Source of the DNA: Felis catus
Lineage: Eukaryota
Assembly: GCF_018350175.1 (NCBI RefSeq)
Contig: NC_058368.1
Span: 179,988,001-180,052,000 of the forward strand
Direction: 5' to 3'
DNA: 64,000 nt
Below, in pieces: positions 24,890 through 38,960 of the stretch (the stretch's first letter is position 1; every line of letters starts with the position of its first letter). The notes under the pieces are model-generated. The model did not search any database and was not told the DNA's origin. It was given only the letters and a program-made list of their open reading frames with translations. The translations under genes were made by a program, and so were the position numbers.

Positions 24890-25560
24890 TAGCCTCCATC
24901 CCTCTTCGCCCACCCTTCAGTCTTCCTTTCGTCAAGAACCAGCAGTTAATTTGTTCACGTTTTGCTGTTTTCTCTTTGCTCCTCACAGTCTGTTGCTCTA
25001 GACTTGAAGATCCCTTCCTTCGTGAACTCGCTTCAACCTCATGCCTCTCCTGCTCACCCCCTTGCTTCTCTTCTTCTCCCATTTCCTTTTGTTCCTGGCC
25101 TTACTCTCTCCCCTTTCCGTACCATTTCCCCCCTGTGTTTATCCTCCTCCCCTCATTCATTTTCTCCCTTCTCTCCCCACCCATGGTCTTCCCATGTCAC
25201 TTCCCAGTGCCATCTTTCTTCACCCAGTCAGCTCTTCCTTCCTTGTTGTAAGAGCCCCTCCACCTTCCCTCTCCATCCATGACAGGGGAGGACACTGACT
25301 GTCTCAAACAGATGTGCAAGACGGAGTTCCTGCCCACATTCATCTCCTTTCAGATTCCCACTTTTTCTGCCCCACTTCATTCCTTTCTCCCTCCATCTGC
25401 CAGGTTTCATCTTCTGTCTTTGGCAGCCATAGCTCTTTCCTTGACCAGGTCTCAAACCACAGCGTGATGAAAGAGGCCAGTCTAGTAGATAAGCTATAAC
25501 CATTGACCCGCACCAACCCCCGACTCGCCCTCCTCTCCTCCACATCATTATACCTCCAAC
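24890..25560. repeat. C/T-rich low-complexity region
   Basis: Strong pyrimidine bias on the + strand without a regular period. Confidence 0.6.
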
Positions 25561-25907
25561 TTGGGCCTCACAGGCACACAGCTCAGGTGTCTAGGAGAGA
25601 GGAATTGCAGATGGAAATTGTACATTGGAGGTGGGACCCATGCAGACCAAGCCATACCTGGACTGTTGGGCTCATACCTGGACATCAAATTTTTAAAGGG
25701 ACATTAACAAACTAGAATAGTTTGATTCAGTGATTTCTGAAAGGCTGTCTGATTATTGGAATGTTTTTCCCAATGTGAGGTAAAGTGAGAAAAACAAGAA
25801 CAATGTGATTTTTTTCTGATGAGCAAAAATATTCCATTTAAAGGAGACTTTATTTTAAATTCTTGAACTTCCTTATTCTATTGTTGTTATTAAAAATACC
25901 CTTCGTC

Positions 25908-25969
25908 GCTTGTTGGGATGAGCACTGGGTGTTGTATGGAAACCAATTTGACAATAAATTATATTTTTT
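25908..25969 (+). mobile_element. Extremely 5'-truncated felid-type L1 (last about 60 nt of the 3' UTR)
   Basis: tgttgggatgagcactgggtgttgtatggaaaccaatttgacaataaa matches the recalled felid L1 3' end; 15-bp TSD aaaatacccttcgtc (25893-25907) / aaaatgcccttcatc (25970-25984). Confidence 0.85.
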
Positions 25970-28900
25970 AAAATGCCCTTCATCTTATAAAATGATGGCC
26001 ACTAGAGGCAGAATATATATGTTTGGGTGTGCATGCACATGTATGTGCTAAATATGTGCTTAATTAACACGTGTATAAATGTATGTCTCTATATAATATA
26101 CATTATATATAACACACAGAGCCCTTTCACTAGCAAAATAAAAGGTCTGTAACCACCTAGCCTGTGAAATCTAAAAGTCTGAGAATGACCAACCTAGCTA
26201 CAGTGCTTCTAAAAACAGCCACAAACAGCAGCCATCAAGGGTAGACTATGGATTCAGGGAGACCCACATACTAGCTCTGGCCATGCCTTTTGACTCTGGA
26301 AAATAACTTTTCTGTGTCTTGTTTTCCTCAACTGAAACATTCACAGGCCAACTGTACCTTCTGAACAGCTCTTGCGAAAGTTAAATGAAATGTATGCTGT
26401 CAAATGCTTGGCGTTGTGTCTGACACATAGGATATACTCTGCTGGCCGTGATTGTTATTATTTTACTACTGCTAGTACTTGTGTTGCTATTGTTGCTGCT
26501 GCTACTACCATTTTATTAGGCTCCGTGAGAAAGGTTGGAAACCATATCATAGGAGCTGAAGCTACCTGCATTTGGAGATCCTTCCATAGAACTAAGTCAG
26601 GACTTTAAGGGTGATGGTTGACAGAAGAGGTTCAAGAACCGGGCTAGCCACTTGCATTATGAATTGAGCCTGGCGGTAGCTCATCATCATGCAAATGTAT
26701 GCAGACATGGAAATAAGGCCGCCCCTGCTTGTGGAGCTCCCACGGCCCACCAGACAGATTGCCCAGGATTTCTCTTGCTGTGCCCACCTCCTTCTCCTCT
26801 GTGATGAAATGAAGCTGAGACATTAAAGCAGACGAAGCAAGACTCTGTGGTTAGGAGGCTACAGGCAGAAGTGACATGTAAGAGAGACCTTTGAGGAAGA
26901 AACCTGCTTGTTCCTCAAGGCAACAAAACCCGTGCCTGGGGACTTGTGTGTTGGTCTGAAAGTCTTGAAAGCAGCTGAAACGCAGCCTCTTAGGGAGAGA
27001 AGACCAGCAGGTGGGGGAGGTTGAAAGATGAGACAGAGAGTGGAAACTGAAGTACACCCCCCCGGATGAATAGAAGTGTCTGATTTATCATCCCAAAGAC
27101 ATCTGAATGTGACTTTTCCTTTTTCCCATCAAGAATTTTGACTCGTGTCCATGGCCACCCATACAATCCAGACTTCCCCTTTCTCCTTAGGGATGCTTGG
27201 CACCATCTCAGGTTCTTCAGATCCCATGGGCCATCCTTAGCCAGTGGTGATGCGTTAACACCTTAGGAGGGGTTCTGCACTCCCCAACATTTGGGGGGAG
27301 GAAGGACTATCTCTCATGCAAAGCAATCTGGCAAACTCTTTTAGAATGTTTTTCAAAGCCAAGGCAGCTCAGAGGAGTGTCTGCTGGTCTCCCCGCATAG
27401 CAGAGCCAATTCCTCTAAAAATAGCTTTCTTCCAGAGAACCCACAGTGAGACAGTTCCCTGCAGATTTTCCTCGAAACTGAGCTCCCACCATCACCATTC
27501 TTGCTGCTCCCTGTTGATTCTCTGAACCAGCTCCAGCCTCCAGCAGGGATAGATTCTGGGAAGAGCCAGAGGCTCACACCTTCCTCTCTTCTGTGGTCTT
27601 CTGTCTTCACCCCTGAGTACTCAAGCCTCCAGAGGGACCATCTGTGCCTAGAGCCCCATCTTAATCACTGCCCATCTTCTTCCAGTTTGCTCTACACCCC
27701 CACATAGTGCCATCCAGTGTGTCTCATGCCCTCTGCGATAGCACATAGATTCAGGTGATGGAGAAGGGCTGTGTGGATGCACTGAATGTCAAGTCATAAG
27801 TGAAAGCATCTGGGGGAGAGGAACGGTAGCCCCACTCTCCACCTAGTCTCACCTCACCCCTGTTGTTTATCTGGGGTGGAGAGACAAATAGTGGTTTATC
27901 TGTTTAACAAAAGCAAGTATTTTCCCATTACACAGGTCACCAGGGCATGTTAAAAGGAGAGAACTAAAAAACAAACCAAAAAAAAAAAAAAACAGTCAAA
28001 AGAACAAAAGGACTGGAGGGTTCTGGAAGCCGTCAACAATCAGGATTCTTAAATGTTCTGAGAGCACCAGGTTTCTGAGGGATTGCCACGTGGAAGGAGG
28101 GAGATGGGGTGGATTGGGGCAGTAGTCTAAAGGGGAAGCCGCTGAAGCACAGAGAATAATGAAGAACAGAGCCTTAGGATAAATAGTTCAGGGTTTGAGT
28201 CTCAGTTTCGCCTCTTACTTTGCGCATCTTTCTTAACATCTCCTGCTTCACTTGGTCCGCCACTGCCCACCGACCCCCCCCCCGACCCTTGCAAAATGGG
28301 GCTCATCAGACCTACTAGAGATTCTCCATGAAGATTAAATAACACAATTGCACAGAAAATTAGCACGATGTTTGGAAGGCACTGAATGAAATCTGAAAAG
28401 AAAAGCCTATGCATGTGTTGCATGGACAACATGATAGAATGGTTTGGTCTCAAGTTCCCATATTATTTTTCATTCATTGTTTTCTAAGATGATAAAAAAA
28501 CAAATTCTGTGGTGGAGGCATGTGGGCATATGCAAATAGTAAGAAGAGCAAATCTGGCTCTCTCTGCTTTCTGCAGGCAGTGCCAGGTATTCTGCAGAGT
28601 AGGTTAGGAGCGGCTCGTGTCACATATGCCTGCATCCCTCAACTTCGTTGTTACTATATTATTAATAACACTTGCTTTGTAGTTTTGCTGAAGGAATAAA
28701 ATGAGCCAGTATGCAAAGAGCACAGTGTCTGACATAGAAAAAGCCCTCGATAAATGGTAGATGTTCATCGTTATTGCCACCTCAGCCACACCACTACCAA
28801 TATTCCAACCCAGCTCCAGGACGTCTTTATCAGGTGACTTGTAGCCATGCCCTCGCACTAGCCATGCCCCTGCCAGTCTCTCTGGCATCATGTTGACTTA

Positions 28901-29449
28901 TGCATTGCAAGAAATATATTGCGTTCAGTCGCATGTTTGCAAATGACAGATCATTAAGGAAGCACCGAGAAACTAGGGCAAATCAATACAGAGCGCAAAC
29001 GGCTGAAATCCCCATCAGTTGTTCCCATTGTTTTTACTGGTGCCGGAAGATGTTCAGATGTTTGATTTGTATGTTTGTTTTTATGCTAGTTCTATTAAAT
29101 CAGTTTGCAGCCTGAAGAATGTTTGCCAGACAAAGAAAGACACATGTGCCATTTAAGAGAGACCTAAAACAGCTGTTGGCTTCAGACACCTCTCTAAATG
29201 TGACAGTTTTTTGCTGATGCTAATGCTTCTTTTTGTTCTTCACACTGAATTCTTGTCACTGGGAGTATGGATCTTTGCATGCTTGTTCCAGGCTATATAA
29301 AACCTACCAGGGGCTGTTTGCTACATAGAAAGTTTGTGTGTGCACAGGCACTGTAGTCTTACTCCCTTGACAAAGGGGCCATTTCTCTGAGGATGAGCTG
29401 CCGGCAACTAAAAATGGAGATGCCTCAGCTACAAAAGGGATTCAACAAA

Positions 29450-29718
29450 GCTTAGTGACTGCGGGCTCAGGTTTTTGAACTGAATAAACTTGCCTGCATT
29501 TCCTTCCAGCTGTAGCTCTTCCTGACTTTGTGAATTTGGACAAGAGACTTAACATCTCCGAGCCTCCATTTTCTCACGTTTAAAGCGGGGATGGAAACGA
29601 TGAATAGGACCTGCCTCACCATGGTGTAAATATTAAGATAAACAAGCCATGTAAAACTCTTAGCCTAATGCCTGACTTACAAGCACCTGACACCTCATAG
29701 CTCTTACTATTGTTATTA
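29450..29718 (+). mobile_element. MIR
   Basis: tgtgaatttggacaagagacttaacatctccgagcctccattttctca...tgtaaaactcttagcctaatgcctgac. Confidence 0.7.
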
Positions 29719-30086
29719 CCCCTTCCCTTGCCTTTACCTCACATTCGAAGGACACTGACTATTCACAACTGTACCACCCCAGACAAACTCTGATCCCCCC
29801 TGGAGCGAGGTTAACCCACATCATGGCATGGCCTTGGCACTCCATAAGGGATCAGGTGTCTAGCCAGGACCCACAGCAGCATAAGAAGCAGAGAGACTGC
29901 AGAGACAAATACCATCCCCAGAGTGTACTAGTCTGATGGGTACAGGACGCACAGAGCCGTCCCTGCTAAGATTGAAGTTCTTTGCTCAAAACCACACCTT
30001 TGTACTCTGTTTGCATATTTGTATGTATTCGCATCTGTATTGCATCTCCCTCAACTCCTACAGCCTTTTTACAAAATGCCTATGTC

Positions 30087-30519
30087 TTTTTTTTATTTCC
30101 TTATGAAATTTTATTTTAAGTTTATTTATTTTTTAAAATTTACATCCAAGTAAGTTAGCATATAGTGCAATAATGATTTCAGGAGCAGAAGCCAATGACT
30201 TCATCCCCTACATAATAACACCCAGTGCTCATCCCAACAAGTGTCCTCCTTAATGCCCCTTGCCCATTTAGCCCATCCCCCACCCACAACCCCCACCCCC
30301 AGCAACCCTCATTTTGTTCTCTATATTTTAAGAGTCTCTTATGGTTTGTCCCCCTCCCTGTTTTTATATTATTTTTGCTTCTCTTCCCTTATGTTCATCT
30401 GTTTTGTATCTTAAATTCCACATATGAGTAAGGTCATACGATACTTGTCTTTCTCTGACTGACTAACTTCACTTAACATAATCCACTCTAGTTCTGTCCA
30501 CGGCGTTGCAAATGGCAAG
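30087..30519 (-). mobile_element. Carnivore L1 3' fragment (3' UTR plus ORF2 C-terminus)
   Basis: T-rich tail, then aacacccagtgctcatcccaacaagtg. Minus-strand translation FATPWTELEWIMLSEVSQSEKDKY resembles the L1 ORF2p C-terminus. Confidence 0.9.
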
Positions 30520-32489
30520 ACAAAATACCCACTTACACAGAGGCTGCATGATGTCTCAGAATCAGCATTGGGGTCATAACCTCCTAAACTCTTCTGTGAC
30601 TTTGGGGAGGCCACTTTAGCCTCTAGGCCTCAATTTCTCTGTTTTCAGAAAGAAAGGCAGTATGTCCGATGTGTAGAAACAGGTGTCAGTTCTGCCTCTT
30701 GCTAGCTCTGTCACTCTGGATGGGCTATTTGATCCCTGTAGGTTTTATTTTCCTCATCCACCAAATGAGGCCAACATAGCTTGCCTCATACATGTAAGGA
30801 TTAAAAGAGATAATAGACATAAATCAACTTGGCCTCATAAATGATCGCTCTTCCTGTTTGTTATGATAGCAATAGAATTTGGTTCTGTGGTGGACCATCT
30901 TGGGCTGTCTCTATCCCCAGATGATTAAATTCCTCAGGGACAGGTACCACATACTGCTCATGGATTCATCCCTCCCTTGAATCTTACACCCCTCACTAAA
31001 GTGTAGGTTAATTGGTTATGAATTGCACTGACAGCCAGCCGACCACACACCCCCGGCTGGCCTGACTTGCCTAGGTTCTTGGCCTGCAGCTGGAAGCAGT
31101 GGGTCCTCTTGCGAAAACGGAGGGGGTTACCATCGTTACAGACAGTGGCTCTCCCCAGAGGCATCATCCAGCCGCAATCCCTTGCCAAAGTGGCAGGTGA
31201 ATCACAGGATTCCTGGAGAGCATTTTCCACCTGACTGGCAGCCCCAGAGACCCATGGAGCTGTTGCCTGGGCTGAGAGATCCCTGCTGAACTCTGCTCAG
31301 CTGGAGAACAAGAATGTCCTTGGAGCCTCCCTGCTGCCTCTGCGGCTGGCTGTATCGGGTAGCCCACAGTCTCTGGGACCTTGTGGCGCGCTCTTGTGCC
31401 TTACCAAGAACAGCCAGGCCCCTGTCTGGCCAGCCTGTGCCCATGTGCCCAGCAGAACACGCTCCCCACCCCCTCCAACAGGCCACAAAGGCTTTCTTAA
31501 TAGACCGTGGCAGTCTCATTTGTAGACTCTATTCATCTAGCAGCCAAGAATGATCTGTCCTGATGCTCCCTCTCTCCTCCCACCCGCCTTTCCTCTTTCT
31601 CTCTCCCCCACCCACCCTTCCTTTGGCCTAGAGAGTGATTTGTCTGTGTTATGGGTAGGCCTGACAAACCATTCCACATTAGCAGCTGAGATGTTGTTTG
31701 AAATGGGAAAATTGCTGGCAAACTGCTCCATTAGCGGTTCCAGTAACAAATACTCTCTTCCCCCAATGAAGATGAGATCGCAGAGGCACAAATTAATACG
31801 ACTGTCTCCCCGACTCTGCAGCGGGGATTACTCTTCAAGATGAATGGGTTCATCCCAGCCAGAAATGTGCAGCCACTGGATGTAGCCTCTGAGGGAGCCA
31901 CTTCCGCCCGTCTGTTCCTTCTTCTCCCCCCACCCCCCGCCCCCACGCACACCTTTTTTTGTGTCTTCCCAGCTGAGAGGTTAGGGAACATCCGCGCCAA
32001 ATGAGAAGGTGATGACAAGACCCGTGCCTTGGAGACAAGGGAGATGGACGAGAAGGAGATTCTCAGTCCTCAGCCGAGGCCTGAGGGCATCACTCATCAC
32101 CTCTAATAGAGGGCCCTGCCTCCTACTCAGGCCTGTTTCCCACCACACCTGTTCTTGGTAACAGGAAGTCACCTGAGAGGCGAGAGAACAGAGATGCTTA
32201 CTCACTTCTCTTCAAGAAAGTTCTCGGCCCTGGGCCTGGGGCCTATGACATCTCTTGTCATTCCAGAGTTACAAGAGAGGAAGGTCTTCAGGAAAGTCTG
32301 TAACATAGTAAAGCCACAGATTCTAGCAGCATCCCAGGGGAGTCGTCCAGTCGGGGCCCCTAGGCCTCAGGGTGTCGGAGTCAGTTTGATGAATGGCAGG
32401 CTGGGAGCCTAAAGACTTGAAGGCCATTTCTCCAGCATATTAGAACAGCCCATTGAAAAACCCAGAAACAAATAATCAAATGTTATTTA

Positions 32490-32550
32490 TTGTATGTTGT
32501 GTTCCTGAAACTAATATTATATGTCAGTTATACCTTAATTTTTAAAAAAG
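32490..32550 (+). mobile_element. Short L1 3'-end fragment
   Basis: cctgaaactaatattatatgtcagttataccttaattttttaaaaaa resembles older L1 3' termini. Confidence 0.55.
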
Positions 32551-32614
32551 CCAGGAATGAAGTCAGCCATTGTCATTTCTGCCTGTACAATACCCCAGTG
32601 GCAGTGTGGTTGAG

Positions 32615-32835
32615 TTTTTTTTTTAATTTTTTTTTTTAACGTTTATTTATTTTTGAGACAGAGACAGAGCATGAACGGGGGAGGGCCAGAAGAGAGGGAG
32701 ACATAGAATCTGAAACAGGCTCCAGGCTCTGAGCTGTCAGCATAGAGCCCGACGCGGGGCTCCAACTCACGGACTGCGAGATCATGACCTGAGCCGAAGT
32801 CAGACGCTTAACCAACTGAGCCACCCAGGCTCCCC
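32615..32835 (-). mobile_element. CanSINE (SINEC_Fc-like), full length
   Basis: Poly-T, aacgtttatttatttttgagacagag...ctgagccacccaggctcccc; TSD gtggttgagttttt (32606-32619) / gtggttgaattttt (32837-32850). Confidence 0.96.
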
Positions 32836-33160
32836 AGTGGTTGAATTTTTGACAGAATGGTGACATGCTTCCAGGGCAGATGGGCATTGCTGGCCCATAG
32901 GCCACCTCTTTTTCTTCTCTTTATCCCTTTGACTTTTTCAGCATGCCAGTTACTTCCCACAGCTTTTGTGAAGAAGACATCTGCCTTCAAAGACCACTTA
33001 GAATAAGCAAGAACCAAAATCCTGCAGAAGTTTGCCCAGTGTCCCGCAACCAGTATCGGGTGCCACGTGATGGGAGGGGACGTCCTGTCCCCCAAGGCCC
33101 TCAGCAACCGCCTGTTGACAGGTGGATGGTTAACTGACTCTTCTCTGCTCTGTTTCCCAG

Positions 33161-33232
33161 ACGCCTGGAACAGAACTCCATCAAATCCATCCCTGCTGGA
33201 GCCTTCACCCAGTACAAGAAACTGAAGCGAAT
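33161..33232 (+). CDS. SLIT3: SLIT3 exon 10 (72 nt LRR), phase 2-2
   Basis: Acceptor ctctgtttcccAG, donor GTgagt; translates [23 protein letters not shown](I). Confidence 0.97.
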
Positions 33233-33667
33233 GTGAGTTTCCCCTGGGGAGGAATGAACCAGATGTTTTCAGTTTGGGGGGTAATATGCCCTATGTAGTA
33301 GGCAACCTGCCCAGATGATAGCCCACATCACATTCCTCATGGAGAGCCCAGTGTCAGGCCTGGAATGCTTTCCTGAGATTGCGAGGTAAGGTTCAGGAGT
33401 GTTGCTTTCAGATGGTGAGGTGTAGCGATGTAGACACCTCAGAGCTGAGGGCCTCTCCAACTAGAGCGAAGTAAAATTATCTAGGTGAGAGGTGCAGCTG
33501 CATTGGCCTAAAAAAGCCCATACTACCATGTTTATTGTCCTCTGGCTTTCATGATGTGGACCTAAAGTAGGAACTTCAGTAAAAATGAGATGGCAATGGC
33601 CTTGTATCAATCTCCAGCACCCTAACATGTTGGCTGTGGTACATGCCTACAACTGTGCACACATTCA

Positions 33668-34065
33668 CCTAACAAAGAGTGACTGTCCACCACCTGCAAG
33701 GAATTGCAGGGTCTGTGGATAGAGCATGCTCTAAAATAAAGTCTGCCCTCATGGAGCTCACACATTTGAGTGGGTGAACACAGAAAAGAAACAAATATCA
33801 GAAATTGCTAAGTACTAGAAAGTGAAACAAAGGGCGGGCCCACGAAAGCCTCTCTGTACAGGTGATCCACATAAAGGGTGGGAATGAGGAGCTCTTGAGA
33901 GAGAGCAGCTGAAAGGCCCTGGGGAGCGTGCATGGATGGGTTGCAGATCAGGGAGGGAGACAGAGGCAGGGCTTGTGTTGGAGAGGTGGGAAGGTAGAGG
34001 CCAGATCCTGTGACCCTTTAGACCATGACAAGGACTTTCTGTTCTAAGTGAGATAAGAAGCCTTG
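33668..34065 (-). mobile_element. L2 fragment
   Basis: ctgccctcatggagctcaca...aaaggccctgggg...ggccagatcctgtgaccctttagaccatgacaaggacttt. Confidence 0.65.
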
Positions 34066-35487
34066 GGCCCTTCCTTATTCTCCAACCACATATGACTTGC
34101 CTGTGATTATCCCCACCACCCCCATTACCGCTGCATCCGGTATCACTGCTACCACTACATCCTATCAGTCCCTGGTTATGCCAGTGCTGCCATTCCTTCC
34201 CTCTCACAGCTCCACTGACAGCATCCTGTACCATGGTCCTCATCCCCGCCATTGTGGTGATGTCATCATCACTGCCTTCCCCAGCCCCATGACTGCCCTG
34301 AGCATGACTCTGTGAGTCACGCAGAGCAGGGCACTCCGAGGGGACGCAAGTAGGATTCGGAAATGGCCCAGCCATTGCCAGCTTGGATATTTAGAATCTG
34401 GGAGGGAGATTCCTTTCCCTTTTCTGAGCTGAGAAATCATTTCTTACAGTCCAGTAATCAAAATGCTGCTCTTATCCCAGTTACTTACTGTCTCTGGCCT
34501 CCCACGGAGGAAAAAGAGAGCAGGTAGAAATATGCACAGGCTCGATCTTGTTCCCTTCCACTGAAGGCTGATTCATCGGTTTCCCTTGAGTAGGAGGGCC
34601 TACATTGAAGAGGTTAAGTGTCTGCTGACTCCTTTTTATGTTAAAAATAAACATCCCCAAGAAACAGTGGCATTGGTTGGCTTTACCCTCAGATCTTGGG
34701 AAGGCAACTTCCCATCTCCCTGGAAATCCAAACCAAACAAGATTTTCTCCTGGTACAATTCCAGAAGTGGAAACCAACCTAATGAGCCAGCCCTGAGCAC
34801 ATACTTTTCCCCTCCCCTTGGCAGCATTCTTGCTGGAGGAGCTGTATAAATATAGGCCTTAATATTTAAAACCTTAGGCCATTAATCTCCTGGTCTCCCT
34901 GCTTCCCCAGCTCACTCCATACGCCCCCCCCCCCAATTCATTTTTAAAGCCTAACTTGATTATGCAGCCAGATAGTAATTTCAGTGAAAAATGACAAGTT
35001 CAGTCACTGCCCCAACCTATATCTCTTGCATGATTTAAGTTACTGCTCTAATTTTTTGTGAGGTCCAGGTAATTTAGAGCTTGGCTATGTTTTACTGTCC
35101 TTTCTTCATCCCATTGGAGTTGCCATGATCTGTGCATTCAAAATTCATAAGACCTTCTCAGTCACGACCTGGGAAGTGAATTTAATTTTTGATCACTTCT
35201 GATGTTACTGATATTTATTATGATGCCCCCTTGCCCGCCCCCCCCCCCACCAAAGGGATGGCGGTAGGGAAAAGAGACCACTTACAGATTTTTCCAGCTA
35301 ACAGAACCTCACAAATCAAGATGGAAGTATGACGGCTTGGGAGAAATAGGGCCCCTGGTCAGAATGGATTTTAAAACCCTAAGTGTGAATTCCTCATAGG
35401 TGTACATGAACCAGTCTCTCTCTCTCTCTAACAGAGAGAAGTTTCCCCTCAACTGTGAATGAACCACACCCTCCTCCTCTTTCTAAT

Positions 35488-35510
35488 AACAACAACAACA
35501 ACAACAACAA
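35488..35510. repeat. (AAC)n microsatellite
   Basis: About 7 perfect AAC units. Confidence 0.9.
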
Positions 35511-38051
35511 AAAGCCCCTGGAATGAATGACTTTGTCCCTATTTCTTGTGTCCAGCTTAGTAGAAAAAAATACTTCCAGGTAAAAACTAGTATCAAGGTA
35601 GAGCCATTTGAGAGGAGAACAGAGGGCACTAGAAAGAAGCCCTCAGTTGACAGGGTTGGTTAACTGATGGCGCTGACACATGGGGACCAGAGCTGTGTGG
35701 TGTGGCCGGAAGGGCGTGTTCTTTCGTCTCCATGCTCTGAGGTAGAGTAGAATCCACAGGTGCCAGCACCTCCCCACTTGAGCCTTGCCCGCATGGAATT
35801 TGCCACCTTGGCTCCGAAGAGTCTAGAAAGTCCGCTGCCTCTTGTCCATCGAGTTTGTAAGCCCCAGGGGACTGGGGTGGGTCAGAGACCAACCAGGCCA
35901 TAAAATGCTGTGGCCTAAAGTATGACCCAGGGATCACGTGCATGGGAATCACATAGAGATGTGTTACCTATGCAGACTTTTTAGCTCCCTTCCCCAGGCT
36001 AGCCAGAGCAGACTCCCTGTGGGTGCACTTTGAAAACCACTGATCTATAGTGACCCAGATGCCTGGAGTCAGCTCAGGGCCACCTGCTATGGACCGGGAG
36101 GGGTCAAGCATGGAGACTGGTAGGCGGCAGAAGCCTTTCCCAGCCTGCCTTCTGTCCAGTGCCACTACCTTTTGCATCCATCTTTGTGAAGTGAGGGGAG
36201 ATTTGAGATGCCAGCCCTCTCCCTGAAGAGCCATGTCAAGTCCCCTCTGGCTCTGGGTCCTTGCCCTCAGAGGGTTGCTGTTTCCTTCCTGCAGTATTAA
36301 GAACTAAGATGAAGTGACCCTCCAGGAGCAGTTCCCAGCTAAACTATCACTTGTCCAGTTCTACTCCCCATCATCTCCAAAACCACAAGACATCCCTCCT
36401 GTGCTGCAGAGAGGAGTGCATCCAAAAGGCTAGCTGTGGACTGAATACCACTTTGCCCTGACAAGGCTAAAGCAGAGGACTTTCCCTCCACCCCACGTCC
36501 CAGAACTTCCTCTTGCATACTGGGGGGTCTCAGTAGCTTGAAGAGACGTCCCGTGATCAGGAAGACAAAATAAAAAACCCAGGCTTGCTCACTAGTCTGA
36601 TCTGAGCACAGACCCCGCACGCCTGCCTGGAATGCCTTGCTAGGCAGGCAGGCCAAGGGCGAGCAAGATTAGGATAATCCAGGGCATTTGCTTGTTAAGA
36701 CCCTTCTACAAAAGTGGAGCGCCGAAGAAAAGCCTGGTGTAAACTGACGAGTTTGTGAGCACAATCTGTGGATTTGTAAGAGGCGATCTTGCCAGCTAAA
36801 GGGATAAGCTCGACAGCTGTGCCTAAGAAGCCTTAACCTGTGAAATATCTTTCAACTTACCGGCTTCAGAAGCAGGGAGGGAAGAGAGCAGAGGCCTAGG
36901 AAAAGTGGTTGCGCAACGCTTTAGAAGGAAGGGAGAGACAGACGGGGGGAGGATGCTTAAGAGGCTGGGGGCTGGGGTGTCTGGCCTCGCTGGAGGCAGT
37001 TGCTTAAGGATCTGCTTAGATGTGCTTTCTTCTCCGTATCCCCTTGTCTCCTCCTCATTGACCCTCCAAGACCTCAGCTCTCTCTCTTCTGCACAAAAGC
37101 AAAGATCCATTGATTTATTTTGTTAAAGGAAAAGAACTGGAGAGGTACGTTGTCTCTGGAAATTGGAGCATCTCACCTTCTAGTGACAGGAGCCCAGAGG
37201 CCGCCCCTGAGCTAATGGCTCAGAATGTCTCCCGCCTCAGAACTGAGGGCCGGGTGCTCACAAGTCACTGGGATGCAGGAAAGGGGACAGCCTCTGGGCT
37301 TTGGGGAGAAGCCGGGTCAGGGAGATTCCTCTGCGCCAGCCCGGCCAGCCAGGGGAGCTGCCTTCTATTACACAGCGTCCCTCTCATCCACATTACCCCA
37401 AAGTCCTAGGCATCACTCCCCAGGCTTGTGCCTTTCTGAGGAGCACTCCCGTGACAAATCCACATCTCAGAGGCATCCCGTGAGAATCGCGTGATGTGCT
37501 TACGTCACACGACCTGAAGGATGCCCTGAACCAGACAGAGACTTAAGTCCCTGCTCAAAACCTCTTTTCAGGTCAGGAAGGAAAGGTCACTGGGGAGGTG
37601 AAATGACTCAGGACTATTTGGGGGAAAAAATAAGCATTGGCTGAGGCATGAGACAAGAAGATGATGCTTGCAAGAACCCTGGCCTGTGTTTGGGTGAGGC
37701 AGGCTTCTGCTTCATTTATGCTATAATTGCTTGGTAATGCGACAAGGCCCTAATGTGACTGAGTGCAGTCTTCCCTACAAAGTAAGGGCTCACATGTGCA
37801 AAGCCATATGTCAAAGTCAGGGTGCCGTGGGTGGGCGTTCTTTGAAAGCCAAGAAGAGTGAAAACATGTGGTATATTTTAGGAAGAGACAGTTGAACTGA
37901 ATGGTCTTTAAGCCCCTTCTCTTGTACGATGAATACATAAATTGATTAATTCTCACCATTTTCAATATCTGAAATGCTTGACTCACACTTAAGAATGGTC
38001 GTATCACACCTTTGAGCTATGTTCTCAGACTCTCCCATTAATGTTTTTTAG

Positions 38052-38123
38052 AGACATCAGCAAGAATCAGATATCGGACATTGCTCCAGATGCCTTCCAG
38101 GGTCTGAAATCACTCACGTCGCT
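38052..38123 (+). CDS. SLIT3: SLIT3 exon 11 (72 nt LRR), phase 2-2
   Basis: Acceptor atgttttttAG, donor GTaagt; translates [23 protein letters not shown](L). Confidence 0.97.
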
Positions 38124-38709
38124 GTAAGTGGGGAGCAGAGTCATGGGGGAGTGGCGGTGGGGGGGGTGGGGAATGTGTCCATATTTTTCAGGAGGTGTTT
38201 ATCAAGGCTTTATGTTCCCTTACACACTTGTGGCAACCTGGTAAAAGAAACAAATATTTCTTCAGGGGAAATTGATCTTAGGGAATATTTCTACAACCCA
38301 AATGCATTATTTTTATTGATTAAGTGCCCAGCAGCCTTCCTAGCTATTGGCTTCTAATTCAAATGCATCTTCAGCTCTACCCACACGTCCCCCTCCTGCC
38401 CTGCGTGCCTCAGCAGCGCTCTCTAGGGAGATGGAAGGACAGAATGGTAATGTATGTTTATTACCAACGTGCCCATTTCTCCCAACTATGTGACCTTGTC
38501 AAGGGAGGAGCTAATTTTCTTCCCCTGATTTTCAGGCTTTTTCTCCAAACCAACCTCATGGCCTTTGTTCTGAGAAAGCACACTCGCCATCCTGTAAAGG
38601 CTTCTTTTCTTGGGTTTTGCAACCCTAGGGCAGCCTACTGGATGGAACCATAGCCTCATCCACCAGGGAGTCAGAGACCCACAGGGGCAAGAAGGCATGG
38701 GGCTTTGTC

Positions 38710-38960
38710 CTGTGGCTCACCGTGTGGCATGGGTAATGTGACTTGAGCCTACTGTGTATTTTCCTCACAGACAAAACGAGGATAGCGATACCTTTTCTGC
38801 TTACCACATATTCAATGGTGACCACGATTACAATAATTGGCAGCACTTATTAAGCACTTACTGTGTGCCAGATACTGTTCTAGGAGTCTTGCAATTTTAA
38901 TCCTGATAACAACCTAATACACAGACTCTATCCACTTCCTTCTTTTACAGTAGAAGGAAT
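38710..38960. mobile_element. Two adjacent MIR fragments in opposite orientations
   Basis: Plus-strand core (gtgtggcatgggtaatgtgacttgagcc...ttcctcac) followed by a minus-strand tail (acttattaagcacttactgtgtgccagatactgttctagg). Confidence 0.6.

Noticed and set aside
25996..26012. CTCF-like tggccactagaggcag, and REST half-sites near 18096-18130 and 61531-61545
   Set aside because: Partial or wrongly spaced matches only, as expected by chance.
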